64,000 nt of DNA, from NCBI RefSeq assembly GCF_055900595.2, contig NZ_CM148325.1; one strand, 5' to 3'. The first letter of the stretch is position 1; each line of letters begins with the position of its first letter. A model generated the notes under the pieces. That model did no database searches and was not told the DNA's origin. It saw only the letters and a program-made list of their open reading frames with translations. A program made the translations under genes and the position numbers. Shown here in pieces: positions 31,659 through 43,054 of the stretch.

Positions 31659-34600
31659 TACAGTCTCCCCAGTCGTACTCTTAACACATTGTTATCGTCA
31701 TATACGTCGATTCGCTCGCCATTGAAAAACAGGCGGCCTGCGCCGGGCCTTCCTGAGTTAATTTCAAGGCTGCCGTTTCTTGATAAACGCCACCCCGGAC
31801 TACCGGAATGAAAATTATCTGACCGGATATCTCCCGTCACTCTGGCAAAATCCACGGTCAGTTTTTTCATGAAAACATCATTCATGAACAGCTGATCACC
31901 CTGAGCCACAAACAAAGGTGTTGTATTGCCATTTTCCGGGTTAATCATCACAATACGATCTGCCTGCATCAGGATCTGACTCTGAATTCCGTCAGACGTA
32001 TTTTCGATTCCGGCACCAATACCTGCAATATAGAGACGTCCATCCCGTGTCTGCTGCAGCTTCACAGCCCACATGCTGTTCAGGTTCCGGCGCGTGTCCT
32101 CCTGAACTTTCTGTATCTGCTCAATGCTGGCATTCCAGGATCCCAGTTTTTTATCCGTGCTCTGTTTGATCTGACTTCCCTTATCATCAACATACTGTCT
32201 GATCTGCGCTATCTGTCGGCTGTTCTCCTCCGTGCTCCTGCTTACTGTCTGCCGGATTTCGCTGCCCATCCTGTCAACTTTTCTGTCAACTTCCGCAATG
32301 GCCATTGACTGTTCACCGCTCTTTTTCGCCACAACCGTACTTATTTCCGCACTTTTATCATCAACATACTGCCTGACCTGCGCTATCTGTCGGCTGTTCT
32401 CCTCCGTGCTCCTGGTTACTGTCTGCCGGATTTCACTGCTCACGCTGTCAACTTTCCTGTCGACTTTCGCAATGGCCAGCGACTGTTCACCGCTCTTTTT
32501 CGCCACCAGTTCCGTTATGCTGTTTTCAGACGCCGTGATTTTTTTCGTCACCTCTGCGATATCACGCTCCGCACGCTGCCTCACATCTTTCTCCAGCTGC
32601 GTCATTTCGCGGTTAATCTCATTCTCCAGTTGCTCAACTTCAGTGCGCAGTGCAGAGGCATCAATGCGTTCATTGATCTCCCGTCCCAGATGCGTTTTAT
32701 TTATCGCCCCCCTGAAAAAATTAAGGTAAGCGGCAGGATCATTACTCGGTTGACCGACTGCCTCCACGAATGCCGATTTACCGACAGTGTTAACACTGCG
32801 GATATAAAAGTAATAATCATGGCCCGGCTTAATATTGATACTGGCGGCTATCCAGTACAGCGCCGTGCCAAGATAGCGGGCTGTGGTTTCAACCTGCCTG
32901 ATATCGGTAATCCGCGTTTCCGAGAACCAGAACTCAAACTGTACCGTCGGGTCATAAACGGCAAGATGCGGCGTGGCGGTTATCTGAAAATAGCCCGGCG
33001 TCAGCTCAATCCGCGACGGCGCTGCCGGTGCGGCAATCCGGAACGATACCGACGCCGGGTCTCCCTGCTGCCCCCGGGCATTTACCGCCCGGACCGTCAG
33101 CGTGTAACGCCCCAGCGCCAGTTGCCTGAAGCGGTATGTGGTTTCCGTCGTCCGGGCCGTGCTGACCAGCCGCTCACTGCCGTCATCCGCTGCCACGGTC
33201 AGGCGAAGCAGGAAGCTCACGCCCTTCACCACCTTCGGCGTGTCCCAGCGCGCCAGCACCTGATATTCCCCGCTGTCTGCGGTGACTTCTGCGGTCAGGT
33301 GCTGCACCGCTGGCGGCGTGACACCATTCACCGTTCCGCTCTGGTCGCCGTCAAAGTGCGCCCCGTTATCCACGATGGCCTCTTTTTCCGGTACATGCTG
33401 CACGGCAGTGATGGCATACGTGCCGTCGTCGTTCTCACGGATACTCACGCAGCGGAACAGGCGCTGGCGCAGCGTCGGCAGCTTCAGCCCCCACACGCTG
33501 TATTCAGCAACGCCGTCAGGAACACTGCTCACTTTCACCTTCACGCCGTCAGTGACGGACTGAACCTCCACGCTGACCGGATTGCCACTTCCGTCAACCA
33601 GGCTTATCAGCGTGGTACCGGAGGATGGCAGCGTGATTTCACGATCGAGCGTCAGCGTCCGGGTCTGGCTGTTCACCGCCAGCACGCGCCCACCGGTGCT
33701 GATACCGGCATAGTCATCATCACAGATTTCAATGACATCGCCCGGCACATGGCGAAGCCCTTCGGCACCCACGCTGAAGTCCACGGTCTGCGTTTCCAGC
33801 AGCTCCGTTTTAATCAGCCACAGCCCGGCGCGGTGTGCCTGCCCCCGGCTGGTACAGCCAAAGGCATCCATCTTCGTGACGTTACGACCGTAACGGGCAA
33901 TGGCCTGCGTGTCCTCCACAAGCTCTGTCGCCGTCTCCTGGCCGTTATCCGGGTCACTCCAGTTCACCTCAACGGCATTATGGCGGTCCTTCAGGGCGCT
34001 GAAGCTGTAGCGGAACGGCGCGCCATCATCCGGCATCACCACATTACTGCGGTTATAGGTCCACACCTTATCCGACGGTCGGTCCTGCACGAACGTCAGC
34101 GTCTGCCCGTTCCATACCGGCATACAGCGCATCGCCGAGCAGAAATCACTGAGCACATCCCACGCCTTACGCTGCCTGGTCAGCCAGGCATTACAGGTGA
34201 TGCGCGGCTCCGTGCCACCAGAGCCGTCCGGCACCGACTGGTCGCAGTACTGGCCGATGACATACAGCGCCCATTTGTCCACATCCGCTGCGCCAACACG
34301 TTTCCCCATGCCGTAGCGCGGGTGGGTCAGCATATCCCACAGACACCAGGCCGGGTTATCGCTGTATGCCGGTTTAAACGTTCCGTCCCAGATACCGCTG
34401 TATTGCCGCGTCTGCGGGTTATAGTTCGACGGCACCTGCAGAATGCGCCCGCGAAAATGATAATTACGGCTCACCTGCTGGCTGCCGAACTCCTCCGAAT
34501 CCACCTGCACACCGACCAGTGCCGTGTTCGGGTAGCACTGTTTCACATCGATGATTTCGGTGTATGACGACCAGAGCGTTTTGTTCTGCAGCTGGTCTGT

Positions 34601-35167
34601 GGTGCTGTCCGGTGTCATCCTGCGCATCCGGATATTGAACGGGCGCGGCGGCAGGTTATCCACCACCACCGAAGCCAGATACTGTGAAGTGGTTTTTCCC
34701 TTAATGGTGATGTCTTTTTCCGTTAACCAGCGACCGTTACGCTGTATCTGAACCAGCAGGCGGACTTCCGACGGATTCCGGTCCCCCTTTGAGGTGGTTT
34801 CCACCAGTGCCTGCACACCGAAGGTCAGGCGCAGACGGTCGATGTTTGCCGACGTGATGGTCCGGGTAATCGGCGTGTCGTACTTCACTTCCGTACCCAG
34901 CACCGTCTCGGAGCCGGAGGATTCAAATCCCTCCGGCGGCGTCTGCTCCTGCTCACCGGCCCGGAACACCACCGTGACGCCGGAGATATTGGTATTCCCC
35001 TCACTGTCCAGCACCGGCGTACCGTTCAGCAGCACGCTTTTTAATCCATCCACCGGTCCTTGTATCGGCCCTTCGCTGATGACATCGATCACACTCAGCA
35101 ACTGCGTGGACTTCAGGTTGTCCTTCGCTTCGCGCGGGGTATGCCCCTTACTGCTGCCTTTACCCAT
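31658..35167 (-). CDS. Tail tip host-specificity protein (lambda J-like)
   Basis: 1169 aa; N-terminal two-thirds resemble lambda J; C-terminal region divergent with an internal duplicated ~49-aa segment. Confidence 0.9.
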   Translation of the reverse strand: MGKGSSKGHTPREAKDNLKSTQLLSVIDVISEGPIQGPVDGLKSVLLNGTPVLDSEGNTNISGVTVVFRAGEQEQTPPEGFESSGSETVLGTEVKYDTPITRTITSANIDRLRLTFGVQALVETTSKGDRNPSEVRLLVQIQRNGRWLTEKDITIKGKTTSQYLASVVVDNLPPRPFNIRMRRMTPDSTTDQLQNKTLWSSYTEIIDVKQCYPNTALVGVQVDSEEFGSQQVSRNYHFRGRILQVPSNYNPQTRQYSGIWDGTFKPAYSDNPAWCLWDMLTHPRYGMGKRVGAADVDKWALYVIGQYCDQSVPDGSGGTEPRITCNAWLTRQRKAWDVLSDFCSAMRCMPVWNGQTLTFVQDRPSDKVWTYNRSNVVMPDDGAPFRYSFSALKDRHNAVEVNWSDPDNGQETATELVEDTQAIARYGRNVTKMDAFGCTSRGQAHRAGLWLIKTELLETQTVDFSVGAEGLRHVPGDVIEICDDDYAGISTGGRVLAVNSQTRTLTLDREITLPSSGTTLISLVDGSGNPVSVEVQSVTDGVKVKVSSVPDGVAEYSVWGLKLPTLRQRLFRCVSIRENDDGTYAITAVQHVPEKEAIVDNGAHFDGDQSGTVNGVTPPAVQHLTAEVTADSGEYQVLARWDTPKVVKGVSFLLRLTVAADDGSERLVSTARTTETTYRFRQLALGRYTLTVRAVNARGQQGDPASVSFRIAAPAAPSRIELTPGYFQITATPHLAVYDPTVQFEFWFSETRITDIRQVETTARYLGTALYWIAASINIKPGHDYYFYIRSVNTVGKSAFVEAVGQPSNDPAAYLNFFRGAINKTHLGREINERIDASALRTEVEQLENEINREMTQLEKDVRQRAERDIAEVTKKITASENSITELVAKKSGEQSLAIAKVDRKVDSVSSEIRQTVTRSTEENSRQIAQVRQYVDDKSAEISTVVAKKSGEQSMAIAEVDRKVDRMGSEIRQTVSRSTEENSRQIAQIRQYVDDKGSQIKQSTDKKLGSWNASIEQIQKVQEDTRRNLNSMWAVKLQQTRDGRLYIAGIGAGIENTSDGIQSQILMQADRIVMINPENGNTTPLFVAQGDQLFMNDVFMKKLTVDFARVTGDIRSDNFHSGSPGWRLSRNGSLEINSGRPGAGRLFFNGERIDVYDDNNVLRVRLGRL

Positions 35168-35227
35168 TCCTCACGCTCCATAAACGACAAAACCGCCCGG
35201 AGGCGGTTTCACATAAAACGTTTTTCA

Positions 35228-35869
35228 TCAGCGACCAATCACCACAACCTGACCACCATCACCTTCATCTGCTGTGCTGATCTCCTGAGATACCACACGT
35301 GATCCCACGCGCATTTCACCGTACAGAACGGGCAGAACATTGCCCTGGGCAACCATATTATCCAGTGAAGAAGAATAGGTGTTCTGTTTGCCGTTATCCG
35401 TTGTCTGTGTGCGGGGGGTTTTGGGTTTAGGGGCCAGCATCTGTGCAACACCGCCAAGCGTCATACTGGCACCGAGAGAAAACAGCAGATTACTCGCCAT
35501 AATTCCTACCCCCGGCATCCATATAGCAACCGCCATAACAGCCGCCCCCAGCACAGCCTGAAACACACCACCACGTTTGGCTCCCGCCAGACGCGGCACG
35601 ATGTGGATCACGGCACCATTTGCCAGCGGTTCATTAAGACGGGCTGATAATTCGTTTTCGCCTGTATCACGCCCGGCAATACGCACCTGATACCAGCCGT
35701 CGCTCAGTTTCTGACGAAACGCAGGGAGCTGCGTGGCCAGCGCCCGGATGGCTTCGGCTCCCGTTTTCACACGAAGGTCGATGCGGCGGCCAAATCGTTG
35801 CAAATCCCCGTAAAGGCAGATGCGTGCCATGCCCGGTGACGCCAGAGGGAGTGTGTGCGTCGCTGCCAT
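35228..35869 (-). CDS. Tail assembly protein (lambda I-like)
   Basis: 213 aa; overlaps the K gene 3' end as in lambda; hydrophobic central segment. Confidence 0.8.
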   Translation of the reverse strand: MAATHTLPLASPGMARICLYGDLQRFGRRIDLRVKTGAEAIRALATQLPAFRQKLSDGWYQVRIAGRDTGENELSARLNEPLANGAVIHIVPRLAGAKRGGVFQAVLGAAVMAVAIWMPGVGIMASNLLFSLGASMTLGGVAQMLAPKPKTPRTQTTDNGKQNTYSSSLDNMVAQGNVLPVLYGEMRVGSRVVSQEISTADEGDGGQVVVIGR

Positions 35870-36510
35870 TTGTCGGTATACCTCTCTCGTTTGCTCAGTT
35901 GTTCAGGAATATGGTGCAGCAGCCCGCCGTCGCCGCAGTAAATGGCGGCATGATTCGGCACCGATGAACCAAAACAGCACAGCAGCACGTCGCCGGGCTG
36001 CGCCTCTGTCAGTGCGACACGGTAAAAACCAGTCGCCTCCATATTGTCAAGATAGAGATTCTGACCGTTACGCCACCAGTCATCCCCGCGATGAAAATCC
36101 GGCATCTCAATTCCCGCCAGATGGTAAGCATCCCGGAACAGCGTGTAACAGTCCGTCACCCCGTGCTCAAAGCACCGCCCGGTGAGATGCGGCACACAGC
36201 GGAACTTGTGAATCGCCCCCCGGCAGACCAGCCACCACGGCAAATCACTCTGCACCTGCAGCCGCCGGTCGGCCTCACTCAGCCAGGGCAGACCACCGGG
36301 GTGACTGTGGACCAGTGCCACAATCTCACCCTGCATCTCTGCCTGCAGCCAGTCCTCCGGCGACATCCGGAAATACGCCTCCGGCTCACCGGAGATATTC
36401 ACGCAGGGGAAATATCTTTCCCCCTCCGGCGCTCTCACCACGAAGCCGCACGACTCCGCTGGCGCACATCGCCGGGCGTGCGCCAGAATCGCTGATTCTG
36501 TCTCTGTCAT
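35767..36510 (-). CDS. Tail assembly protein K (NlpC/P60-type)
   Basis: ORF track 35767..36552; start set at MTETESAILAHARRCAPAESCGFVV (247 aa), near-identical to recalled lambda K. Confidence 0.9.
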   Translation of the reverse strand: MTETESAILAHARRCAPAESCGFVVRAPEGERYFPCVNISGEPEAYFRMSPEDWLQAEMQGEIVALVHSHPGGLPWLSEADRRLQVQSDLPWWLVCRGAIHKFRCVPHLTGRCFEHGVTDCYTLFRDAYHLAGIEMPDFHRGDDWWRNGQNLYLDNMEATGFYRVALTEAQPGDVLLCCFGSSVPNHAAIYCGDGGLLHHIPEQLSKRERYTDKWQRRTHSLWRHRAWHASAFTGICNDLAAASTFV

Positions 36511-36514
36511 GGGA

Positions 36515-37213
36515 TTACTGCGAAAGTTTGTTAATGGAAAGGAAGCCGCCAAAGTTGCCGACGTTATTGCGAAACTTACAGCCGCTCAGGCATTTGCTGC
36601 ATTTATCCTTCGTGATATCGGACGTCGGCTGGTCATATTCATCCGCGACTGCCGGACCGTGATAACCGCACTCATCACCGCGATAGGTCCAGGTGCAGGT
36701 GTTGGCCAGCATGATACGTCCCGGAAAAACAGCGCCATCCGTTTCCGTCGGCGTGGCCAGTACAAAGGTCGCGCTGACCGCTGTCAAATCACTGCACTGC
36801 TCGATGCGCCAGCGGCTGATCACCTCCTGCTCCGGATCGGCGTCACTGTTTCCGTTGACGAAGTTCACCGCATCCAGAAAACGGGCGTAAACCTTACGCC
36901 GGACCACCGTTCCGCCGACCAGACTCTGCATATCTTCCGCCATCCCGGTGACCATACCGTACAGGTTAGAAACCGTCAGCGTGGGGCGCGTACTGGTGCC
37001 TTTGCCATTCAGTTCAAAACCGCTCCCCTGAATGGGATACGGCTGATACTGTCGCACCTGCCAGGTGACCGGCTCACCTTTTTCGTTCTGCTCATTACAG
37101 AAAAAATAACGTTCTCCACCGACCTCTGTCAGGTCGATTTCCCAGAGCACCACGCTGGCCGACTGCTCCGCACGGGTGCATTCATTCAGTGTTTCCTGCC
37201 GGATATCCTGCAT
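36515..37213 (-). CDS. Minor tail protein L
   Basis: 232 aa MQDIRQETLNECTRAEQSASVVLWEIDLTEVGGERYFFCNEQNEKGEP, near-identical to recalled lambda L; ATGA overlap with M. Confidence 0.92.
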   Translation of the reverse strand: MQDIRQETLNECTRAEQSASVVLWEIDLTEVGGERYFFCNEQNEKGEPVTWQVRQYQPYPIQGSGFELNGKGTSTRPTLTVSNLYGMVTGMAEDMQSLVGGTVVRRKVYARFLDAVNFVNGNSDADPEQEVISRWRIEQCSDLTAVSATFVLATPTETDGAVFPGRIMLANTCTWTYRGDECGYHGPAVADEYDQPTSDITKDKCSKCLSGCKFRNNVGNFGGFLSINKLSQ

Positions 37214-37542
37214 CAGTTCACCACCTGTTCAAACTCTGCGCTGAACTCAACACGCAGCATACTGACCCGCGACGACCATTTTGCGCAGGTCACCTTTATC
37301 TGCCGCCACTCATAAGGCGGCGTCCACAGAAAGGCTTTCCAGCCCCCGTGCTCTTCCAGAAACGACTCCAGCGCCGTGGCCTCCCAACGGGGGACAGAAA
37401 GCGTCACGCTGTACGTTTTCAGGTTGGCATTCAGCCCGGCAGGCGCTCGCTGGGAATAGCCATCACCAAAGCGCACCTTTCTTACAGAAGGGGCCGAAGC
37501 CACATCCATACCGGGTTTCACTTTCCAGCGGAAGGTTTTCAT
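37213..37542 (-). CDS. Minor tail protein M
   Basis: 109 aa MKTFRWKVKPGMDVASAPSVRKVRFGDGYSQRAP, lambda M-like. Confidence 0.9.
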   Translation of the reverse strand: MKTFRWKVKPGMDVASAPSVRKVRFGDGYSQRAPAGLNANLKTYSVTLSVPRWEATALESFLEEHGGWKAFLWTPPYEWRQIKVTCAKWSSRVSMLRVEFSAEFEQVVN

Positions 37543-40118
37543 CGTCCACCTCCGGAGAACAGGCCACCATCGCGCATCTGTGCCTGGATTTCATCACGGG
37601 CACCCTTGCGGGCCATGTCATACACCGCCTTCATCATCTGTGGACCTGGCAGACCATTCGTACCGTCGTTCTGAATCACCACGTTGTTGTTCTGCTCAAA
37701 CCTGATACCCTCTGAACGCCGCATTTGCGCCGGACTTCCGGTGCCACCGACATAACCGCCGGTGGCATAGCCGCGCATCAGCCGGTAGAGATTTCCCACG
37801 CCAATCCGGCTGGTTGCCTCCTTCGTGAAGACAAACTCACCACGGTGAACAATCCCCGCTGGCTCATATTTGCCGCCGGTTCCCGTAAATCCTCCGGTTG
37901 CAAAATGGAATTTCGCCGCAGCGGCCTGAATGGCTGTACCGCCTGACGCGGATGCGCCGCCACCAACAGCCCCGCCAATGGCGCTGCCGATACTCCCGAC
38001 AATCCCCACCATTGCCTGCTTAAGCAGAATTTCTGTCATCATGGACAGCACGGAGCGGGTGAAGCTGCGCCAGTTCTGTTCACTGCCGGTCAGCATCGCC
38101 GCCATATTCTGCGCAATACCATCAAAGGTCTGCGTGGCAGCACTTTTAACCTGCGACATACTGTCCGTGGCGCTCTCTTCCCACTCACTCCAGCCGGACT
38201 TCAGGCCTGCCATCCAGCTCCCGCGAAGCAGGTCTTCAGCCGCCCAGGTCTTTTTCTGCTCTGACATGACGTTATTCAGCGCCAGCGGATTATCGCCATA
38301 CTGTTCCTTCAGGCGCTGTTCCGTGGCTTCCCGTTCTGCCTGCCGGTCAGTCAGCCCCCGGCTTTTCGCATCAATGGCGGCCCGTTTTGCCCGTTGCTGC
38401 TGTGCGAATTTATCCGCCTGCTGCGCCAGCGCGTTCAGGCGCTCCTGATACGTAACCTTGTCGCCAAGTGCAGCCAGCTGGCGTTTGTACTCCAGCGTCT
38501 CATCTTTATGCGCCAGCAGGGATTTCTCCTGTGCAGACAGCTGGCGACGTTGCGCCGCCTCCTCCAGTACCGCGAACTGACTCTCCGCCTTCCACAAATC
38601 CCGGCGCTGCTGGCTGATTTTCTCATTTGCTCCGGCATGCTTCTCCAGCGTCCGGAGTTCAGCCTGAAGCGTCAGCAGGGCAGCATGAGCACTGTCTTCC
38701 TGACGCTCTCCCGCAGACACCTTCACGCCGGACTGTTTCGGCTTTTTCAGCGTCGCTTCATAATCCTTTTTCGCCGCCGCCATCAGCGTGTTGTAATCTG
38801 CCTGCAGGATTTTCCCGTCTTTCAGTGCCTTGTTCAGTTCTTCCTGACGGGCGGTATATTTCTCCAGCGGTGTCTGCAGCCGTTCGTAAGCCTTCTGCGC
38901 CTCTTCGGTATATTTCAGCCGTGATGCCTCAGAGTCGGCCCAGTCCTTTGCTGCCATCTCTCTGGCCTTTTCAAGATCGGCCTGCAACGTGGCGGCTGAA
39001 AGCCCAAGTTGCGCATTCGCTCTGTCCTCCCATGCTCCCCGGAGATTGGCAAGAAATGCTGAGGTTTTACCGCGCCGGTGGCTCCGGCTCTGATACCACT
39101 GCCATTTTTTGTCCGCCTCATCAAAAGCCTTTTCTGCTTTCTCCAGCATTTCCCGGGCAGTGTCCGGGCGACCAATATCCAGCACCGAATCCCACATGGA
39201 TTTGAATGCCCGCGCTGTCCTGTCTGCCCAGGTCTCCAGCGTGCCCATGTTCTCTTTCAGGCGGCGGGTCTGGTCATCAAACCCTTTCGTTGCGGCCTCG
39301 TTCGCCGCCTGCAATGCCCCTGCCTCATCGCCGGAACGCTGCAACTGAGCAACATACGCAATCTGCTCCGCCGTCACGTTATGGAACTGGCGCGCCATCG
39401 CCGTCAGCCCCGACGTCGGGTCTGTGGTCAGCTTCCCGAAGGCTTCAGCGACCTTGTCCACCTCCACGCCGGATGCAGAGGAGAAACGCGCCACACTCTG
39501 GCTGATGGACGCAATCTGAGCCTCACCGCTTACCCCCGCCTTAACCAGTGCGCTGAGTGACTCGCTGGTCTGGTTAAACGTCAGCCCTGCCGCCTGCCCG
39601 GCTCTGGACAGGACCAGCATACGATCTGCCGTCAGACCCGACTGATTGCCGGAAAGGACCAGCGTTTTGTTGAAATCGGACAGGGTTGAGTTGCCCTGAT
39701 ACCAGGCATACGCCAGCGCACCGGTCGCCACCGCCAGCGAGGTGGCCCCGACCATCGGCAGGGTGATCGCACCGGCAAGCCCCCTGAACATGGGGATCAT
39801 CCCGCCGAAGGAGTCCTTCACCTGACCGCCCTGTTGCAGCAGGATCAGCCACGGACTCTGCCCGCCTGCAAGCTGTGTGGCCACGTCGGTGAACTGTGCA
39901 GGCAGCATACGCATGGCGGCTTTATACTGTCCGACGGAAATCCCCGCTTTCTGTGCAGCCAGCGCCTGTCGGCTCAGCGACTGTTCAACGACTGCCGCTG
40001 TTTTTTTCGCATCACTTTCCGTACCGGAAAAATGACGCCTGACTCTGGCCATCTGCTCGTCAAATCTGGCCGCATCCAGACTTAAATCAACGACCAGATC
40101 GCCTACCGGTTCAGCCAT
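37539..40118 (-). CDS. Tail tape measure protein (lambda H-like)
   Basis: 859 aa MAEPVGDLVVDLSLDAARFDEQMARVRRHF; coiled-coil-rich; lambda H-like length and sequence. Confidence 0.92.
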   Translation of the reverse strand: MAEPVGDLVVDLSLDAARFDEQMARVRRHFSGTESDAKKTAAVVEQSLSRQALAAQKAGISVGQYKAAMRMLPAQFTDVATQLAGGQSPWLILLQQGGQVKDSFGGMIPMFRGLAGAITLPMVGATSLAVATGALAYAWYQGNSTLSDFNKTLVLSGNQSGLTADRMLVLSRAGQAAGLTFNQTSESLSALVKAGVSGEAQIASISQSVARFSSASGVEVDKVAEAFGKLTTDPTSGLTAMARQFHNVTAEQIAYVAQLQRSGDEAGALQAANEAATKGFDDQTRRLKENMGTLETWADRTARAFKSMWDSVLDIGRPDTAREMLEKAEKAFDEADKKWQWYQSRSHRRGKTSAFLANLRGAWEDRANAQLGLSAATLQADLEKAREMAAKDWADSEASRLKYTEEAQKAYERLQTPLEKYTARQEELNKALKDGKILQADYNTLMAAAKKDYEATLKKPKQSGVKVSAGERQEDSAHAALLTLQAELRTLEKHAGANEKISQQRRDLWKAESQFAVLEEAAQRRQLSAQEKSLLAHKDETLEYKRQLAALGDKVTYQERLNALAQQADKFAQQQRAKRAAIDAKSRGLTDRQAEREATEQRLKEQYGDNPLALNNVMSEQKKTWAAEDLLRGSWMAGLKSGWSEWEESATDSMSQVKSAATQTFDGIAQNMAAMLTGSEQNWRSFTRSVLSMMTEILLKQAMVGIVGSIGSAIGGAVGGGASASGGTAIQAAAAKFHFATGGFTGTGGKYEPAGIVHRGEFVFTKEATSRIGVGNLYRLMRGYATGGYVGGTGSPAQMRRSEGIRFEQNNNVVIQNDGTNGLPGPQMMKAVYDMARKGARDEIQAQMRDGGLFSGGGR

Positions 40119-40545
40119 ACCGGACTCCTCCTGCGATCCCTTCTGATACTGTCATCAGCATTACGTCATCCTCCGTCATGTCCGCCACATCCGTGGATGC
40201 AGGGATAACTTCATTCCCGTCCGGACCAAAGCGGACGCCTCCGGCAAGCCCTGCCGCTTTCTGCATCAGCACATCATCTTCAGGCTCTTCGTCAGCCTCG
40301 CGCCGGTTCAGCAGACTGAAATCCAGCGGATGCATCTCCGGATCGCTGAAAAACAGGCTGAGCACGGTGTACGTCAGCCCGGAAAAGTGCATATCCAACA
40401 GAACATCATGAAAATAATGGGTACTGTAAAAACGGTGCCAGTCGGCATACTCCGTGGATGACATCCCGGCAAGCATGGCACGCCAGTCGGGTCGCCCCAT
40501 CTCACGCGCCAGTTTCAGGGCAAAACTCAGCTCACCGTCGAACAC
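40111..40545 (-). CDS. T-frame segment of the tail assembly chaperone GT (expressed by -1 frameshift from G)
   Basis: 144-aa ORF in the -1 frame overlapping the G 3' end; lambda T-like sequence. Confidence 0.75.
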   Translation of the reverse strand: MFDGELSFALKLAREMGRPDWRAMLAGMSSTEYADWHRFYSTHYFHDVLLDMHFSGLTYTVLSLFFSDPEMHPLDFSLLNRREADEEPEDDVLMQKAAGLAGGVRFGPDGNEVIPASTDVADMTEDDVMLMTVSEGIAGGVRYG

Positions 40546-40949
40546 TTTCCCGCAGAAACAGGCTCTGCAGGCCCGGCGTCCTCTGTCTGTTCAGGGGCAT
40601 TATTCACAACAAACTCATACATACCAGACAGCCGGTACACCACGTTTTCAGCATGAGAAATTGCCTCCGTGGGCCAGGTGGTAAGCACTTCCTGCTCAAT
40701 CTGTTTAACGGCTTCATTCATGGAAGGCAGCTTTGTCTTCTGCGGATGGTTATGCCACAGGGACATCGCCACCACAAAAGCACCGGTTCTGATGGCGTCT
40801 TCCACAGTAAACTTCCGGTTGCTGTCTGACTCCGCCTGTTCTGCCTGCCGTTTCATCAGGGCGAGATGCTCAATACGCTGCAGGGCTGACAGTTCAGAAA
40901 GCGTGACGGTCACACCGTTATGTTCAAATGATTCGGTTTTCAGGAACAT
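40527..40949 (-). CDS. Tail assembly chaperone G
   Basis: 140 aa MFLKTESFEHNGVTVTLSELSALQRIEHLALMKRQ, lambda G-like. Confidence 0.88.
   Translation of the reverse strand: MFLKTESFEHNGVTVTLSELSALQRIEHLALMKRQAEQAESDSNRKFTVEDAIRTGAFVVAMSLWHNHPQKTKLPSMNEAVKQIEQEVLTTWPTEAISHAENVVYRLSGMYEFVVNNAPEQTEDAGPAEPVSAGKCSTVS
40545..40551 (-). other. Programmed -1 ribosomal frameshift slippery heptamer GGGAAAG (G to GT)
   Basis: Minus-strand GGGAAAG (plus CTTTCCC) at the G/T overlap, as in lambda. Confidence 0.7.
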
Positions 40950-40964
40950 CGCTGACTCTCCGGA

Positions 40965-41705
40965 TTAACTGGCGGTGACGTTGATTTCTGCAACCGCAGC
41001 AAGTTCACCATTACCGGATACGACCGGAATGTTGACCTTGCCTGCAGCAACGCCGTTCACGGTGATGGTCATACCACTGACCGACACGGTGGCTTTTGTT
41101 TTATCCGCAGACACCGCACGGAAGCTCTTGTCGGTTGCGCCTTCCGGCTGGAATGCCACGGTCAGCGTCGTGCTCTTCCCTTTCACCACCGAGGTGCTGG
41201 CAGGCGTCACGGTCATGCCGGTTGCCGCTGTTACCGTGCTGCGATCTTCTGCCATCGACGGACGTCCCACATTGGTGACTTTCACCGTGCGGGTGATCAC
41301 TTCCTTCGCCGTCACCGCCTTACCGATACTGCTGACCCAGCCGCGGAACACATCGATCGTGCCGTTCGGGAAGCGGATTTTATAGGCACGGGTATCACCT
41401 TCATTAAACCACGCCAGCAGCGCCTGCTGCCCCTGCTCTCCGGGCATCCACGCCAGCGTGAAGCTGGTATCTCCGGCAGATTTCTGCCCCTGTCCGGTCG
41501 CGGTCCAGTCCGCATCTTCATCATCGAGATAACTGTCGTCATAGGACTCAGCGGTCAGTTCGCCGGGCGTCAGGTCTTTAACCTTTGCCAGACGCGACCA
41601 GTCATTGTCTGAAAGCGGGTTTGCATAAGGGTCGCCGCTCCCGTTATAAACCCACAGTGTGGTCCCGGCCCCTTTCACCGGTGCCAGAGGATTTGGTGTT
41701 GGCAT
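40965..41705 (-). CDS. Major tail protein V
   Basis: ORF track 40965..41735; start set at [20 protein letters not shown] (246 aa); lambda V-like including the C-terminal Ig-like domain. Confidence 0.9.
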   Translation of the reverse strand: MPTPNPLAPVKGAGTTLWVYNGSGDPYANPLSDNDWSRLAKVKDLTPGELTAESYDDSYLDDEDADWTATGQGQKSAGDTSFTLAWMPGEQGQQALLAWFNEGDTRAYKIRFPNGTIDVFRGWVSSIGKAVTAKEVITRTVKVTNVGRPSMAEDRSTVTAATGMTVTPASTSVVKGKSTTLTVAFQPEGATDKSFRAVSADKTKATVSVSGMTITVNGVAAGKVNIPVVSGNGELAAVAEINVTAS

Positions 41706-41712
41706 ATCGTCC

Positions 41713-42108
41713 TCACATTTCATAGGTAATGACATAAGTCAGATCGGCTGAACTCCACAGGCCCGCATCATCGTCGCGCCGGTAGTCATAGCCACTGGCC
41801 ACCATACTGGTGATCAAATCTGACAGTGCCGGGATATCGCTCATCACCGGATAAATCCGGGACTCCATCCACGCATCCAGCTCTGAATCCGGCACCTGAG
41901 CAGGCAGGAAAACTTCAATATGCAGCTCCGCCTGCCAGGTATCGCTGTCCAGCTCTTCGCCCGTGTATTCAGCGCCGGTGAGATAAACGGCAACTGCCGG
42001 AAAATCCGCCTCATCAAAAACAGCGGGGCGACCATCAAAAAACGTCGCCCCGGTGTCATGCTTCTCCAGTGCATCCAGTACGGCTGTACGGATATCAGTA
42101 TTTTTCAT
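41713..42108 (-). CDS. Tail terminator protein U
   Basis: 131 aa [33 protein letters not shown], lambda U-like. Confidence 0.9.
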   Translation of the reverse strand: MKNTDIRTAVLDALEKHDTGATFFDGRPAVFDEADFPAVAVYLTGAEYTGEELDSDTWQAELHIEVFLPAQVPDSELDAWMESRIYPVMSDIPALSDLITSMVASGYDYRRDDDAGLWSSADLTYVITYEM

Positions 42109-42680
42109 CGCTTTATTACAATCCTCAGTTGTTGTTTCAGCGCATAGCTCAGTTCTTTTGGCAGACGTTCGCGTCGGATACGGTTAACGTTCTCATCAAA
42201 AGCCTGTTTCAGTGGGGCCGACATCGGAATTTTCACCACCTGAATGGGAAGACGATTACGCTTTTTCCTTCCCTTATCGTCATTGCCCTTCGCATACCTG
42301 GCTTCTGGCAGACGTTGCATAACATGCCAGCGCCCATTATTCAGTCGCTGGATGAATGCCCGCTGATAACGATGCTGACCGGCTTTGAGTATGCTGTTCG
42401 GGCGACGTCCCAGCATCCTGATCCCCAGCTTAATCACAGGAAGATCGCCGCGGTTAACGATAATTTTTGCGTTCGGATTTCTGACCGTAGCCCGTTTCAG
42501 TCTGGATCGCTCTTTAACAAGTTTTCTCGGCACCCGGGTTTCACGGGCGACCTGAGACGAAGACTGATTAATCGCCGTTGTGGCCACGCGGTTAATGGCC
42601 ATTGCTGACGCACCGGGCACCGCCGTTCTGCTGATACGGCTGAGGTTTTCAACGGCCTGCTCAAGACCCTGTATGGCCAT
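42105..42680 (-). CDS. Tail completion protein Z
   Basis: 191 aa, lambda Z-like; stop overlaps U start. Confidence 0.88.
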   Translation of the reverse strand: MAIQGLEQAVENLSRISRTAVPGASAMAINRVATTAINQSSSQVARETRVPRKLVKERSRLKRATVRNPNAKIIVNRGDLPVIKLGIRMLGRRPNSILKAGQHRYQRAFIQRLNNGRWHVMQRLPEARYAKGNDDKGRKKRNRLPIQVVKIPMSAPLKQAFDENVNRIRRERLPKELSYALKQQLRIVIKR

Positions 42681-42691
42681 ACATCCCCCTT

Positions 42692-43054
42692 TCAGCGGCG
42701 ACGATTAACGGCAGGCGGTACGCCCCGCCCAAGCCAGAGATGACAGCTTCCGCCATCATCCGGCGAAATCCGGTCTATCCAGAAGTTTTCCTCACCGATG
42801 GTCAGCGTGTCGCCACGCCGCAGTTGCCGCACATCATCAGTCCGGACAAACAGGGACGGGCTGGAGCCTTCAACGCGCACGCCCTGTCCGGCATAGCTGA
42901 TATTTTCAGGGTCATCAAAAACACCACGTATTACTGCGCCGGGCTGCTCACCGGATGTAATGGTGGCTGACGTTCCCATGTACCCGCGTATCGTTTCATC
43001 AGCCCGGGCAATGGCTGTATCAAAACCGTTATCCCTGATATTAATAACTTTCAT
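42692..43054 (-). CDS. Head-tail connector protein FII
   Basis: ORF track 42692..43090; start set at MKVINIRDNGFDTAIARADETIRGYMGTSATITSGEQ; lambda FII-like downstream of a divergent N-terminus. Confidence 0.82.
   Translation of the reverse strand: MKVINIRDNGFDTAIARADETIRGYMGTSATITSGEQPGAVIRGVFDDPENISYAGQGVRVEGSSPSLFVRTDDVRQLRRGDTLTIGEENFWIDRISPDDGGSCHLWLGRGVPPAVNRRR

Noticed and set aside
32630-34567. 645-aa plus-strand ORF
   Set aside because: Entirely antisense to the J-like tail gene, Arg/His-rich and low-complexity; the minus-strand J reading is strongly supported by lambda similarity.
36509-37315. 268-aa plus-strand ORF and the 115- to 161-aa ORFs around it
   Set aside because: Antisense to the lambda L, M and K homologues, which are near-identical to the phage proteins on the minus strand.
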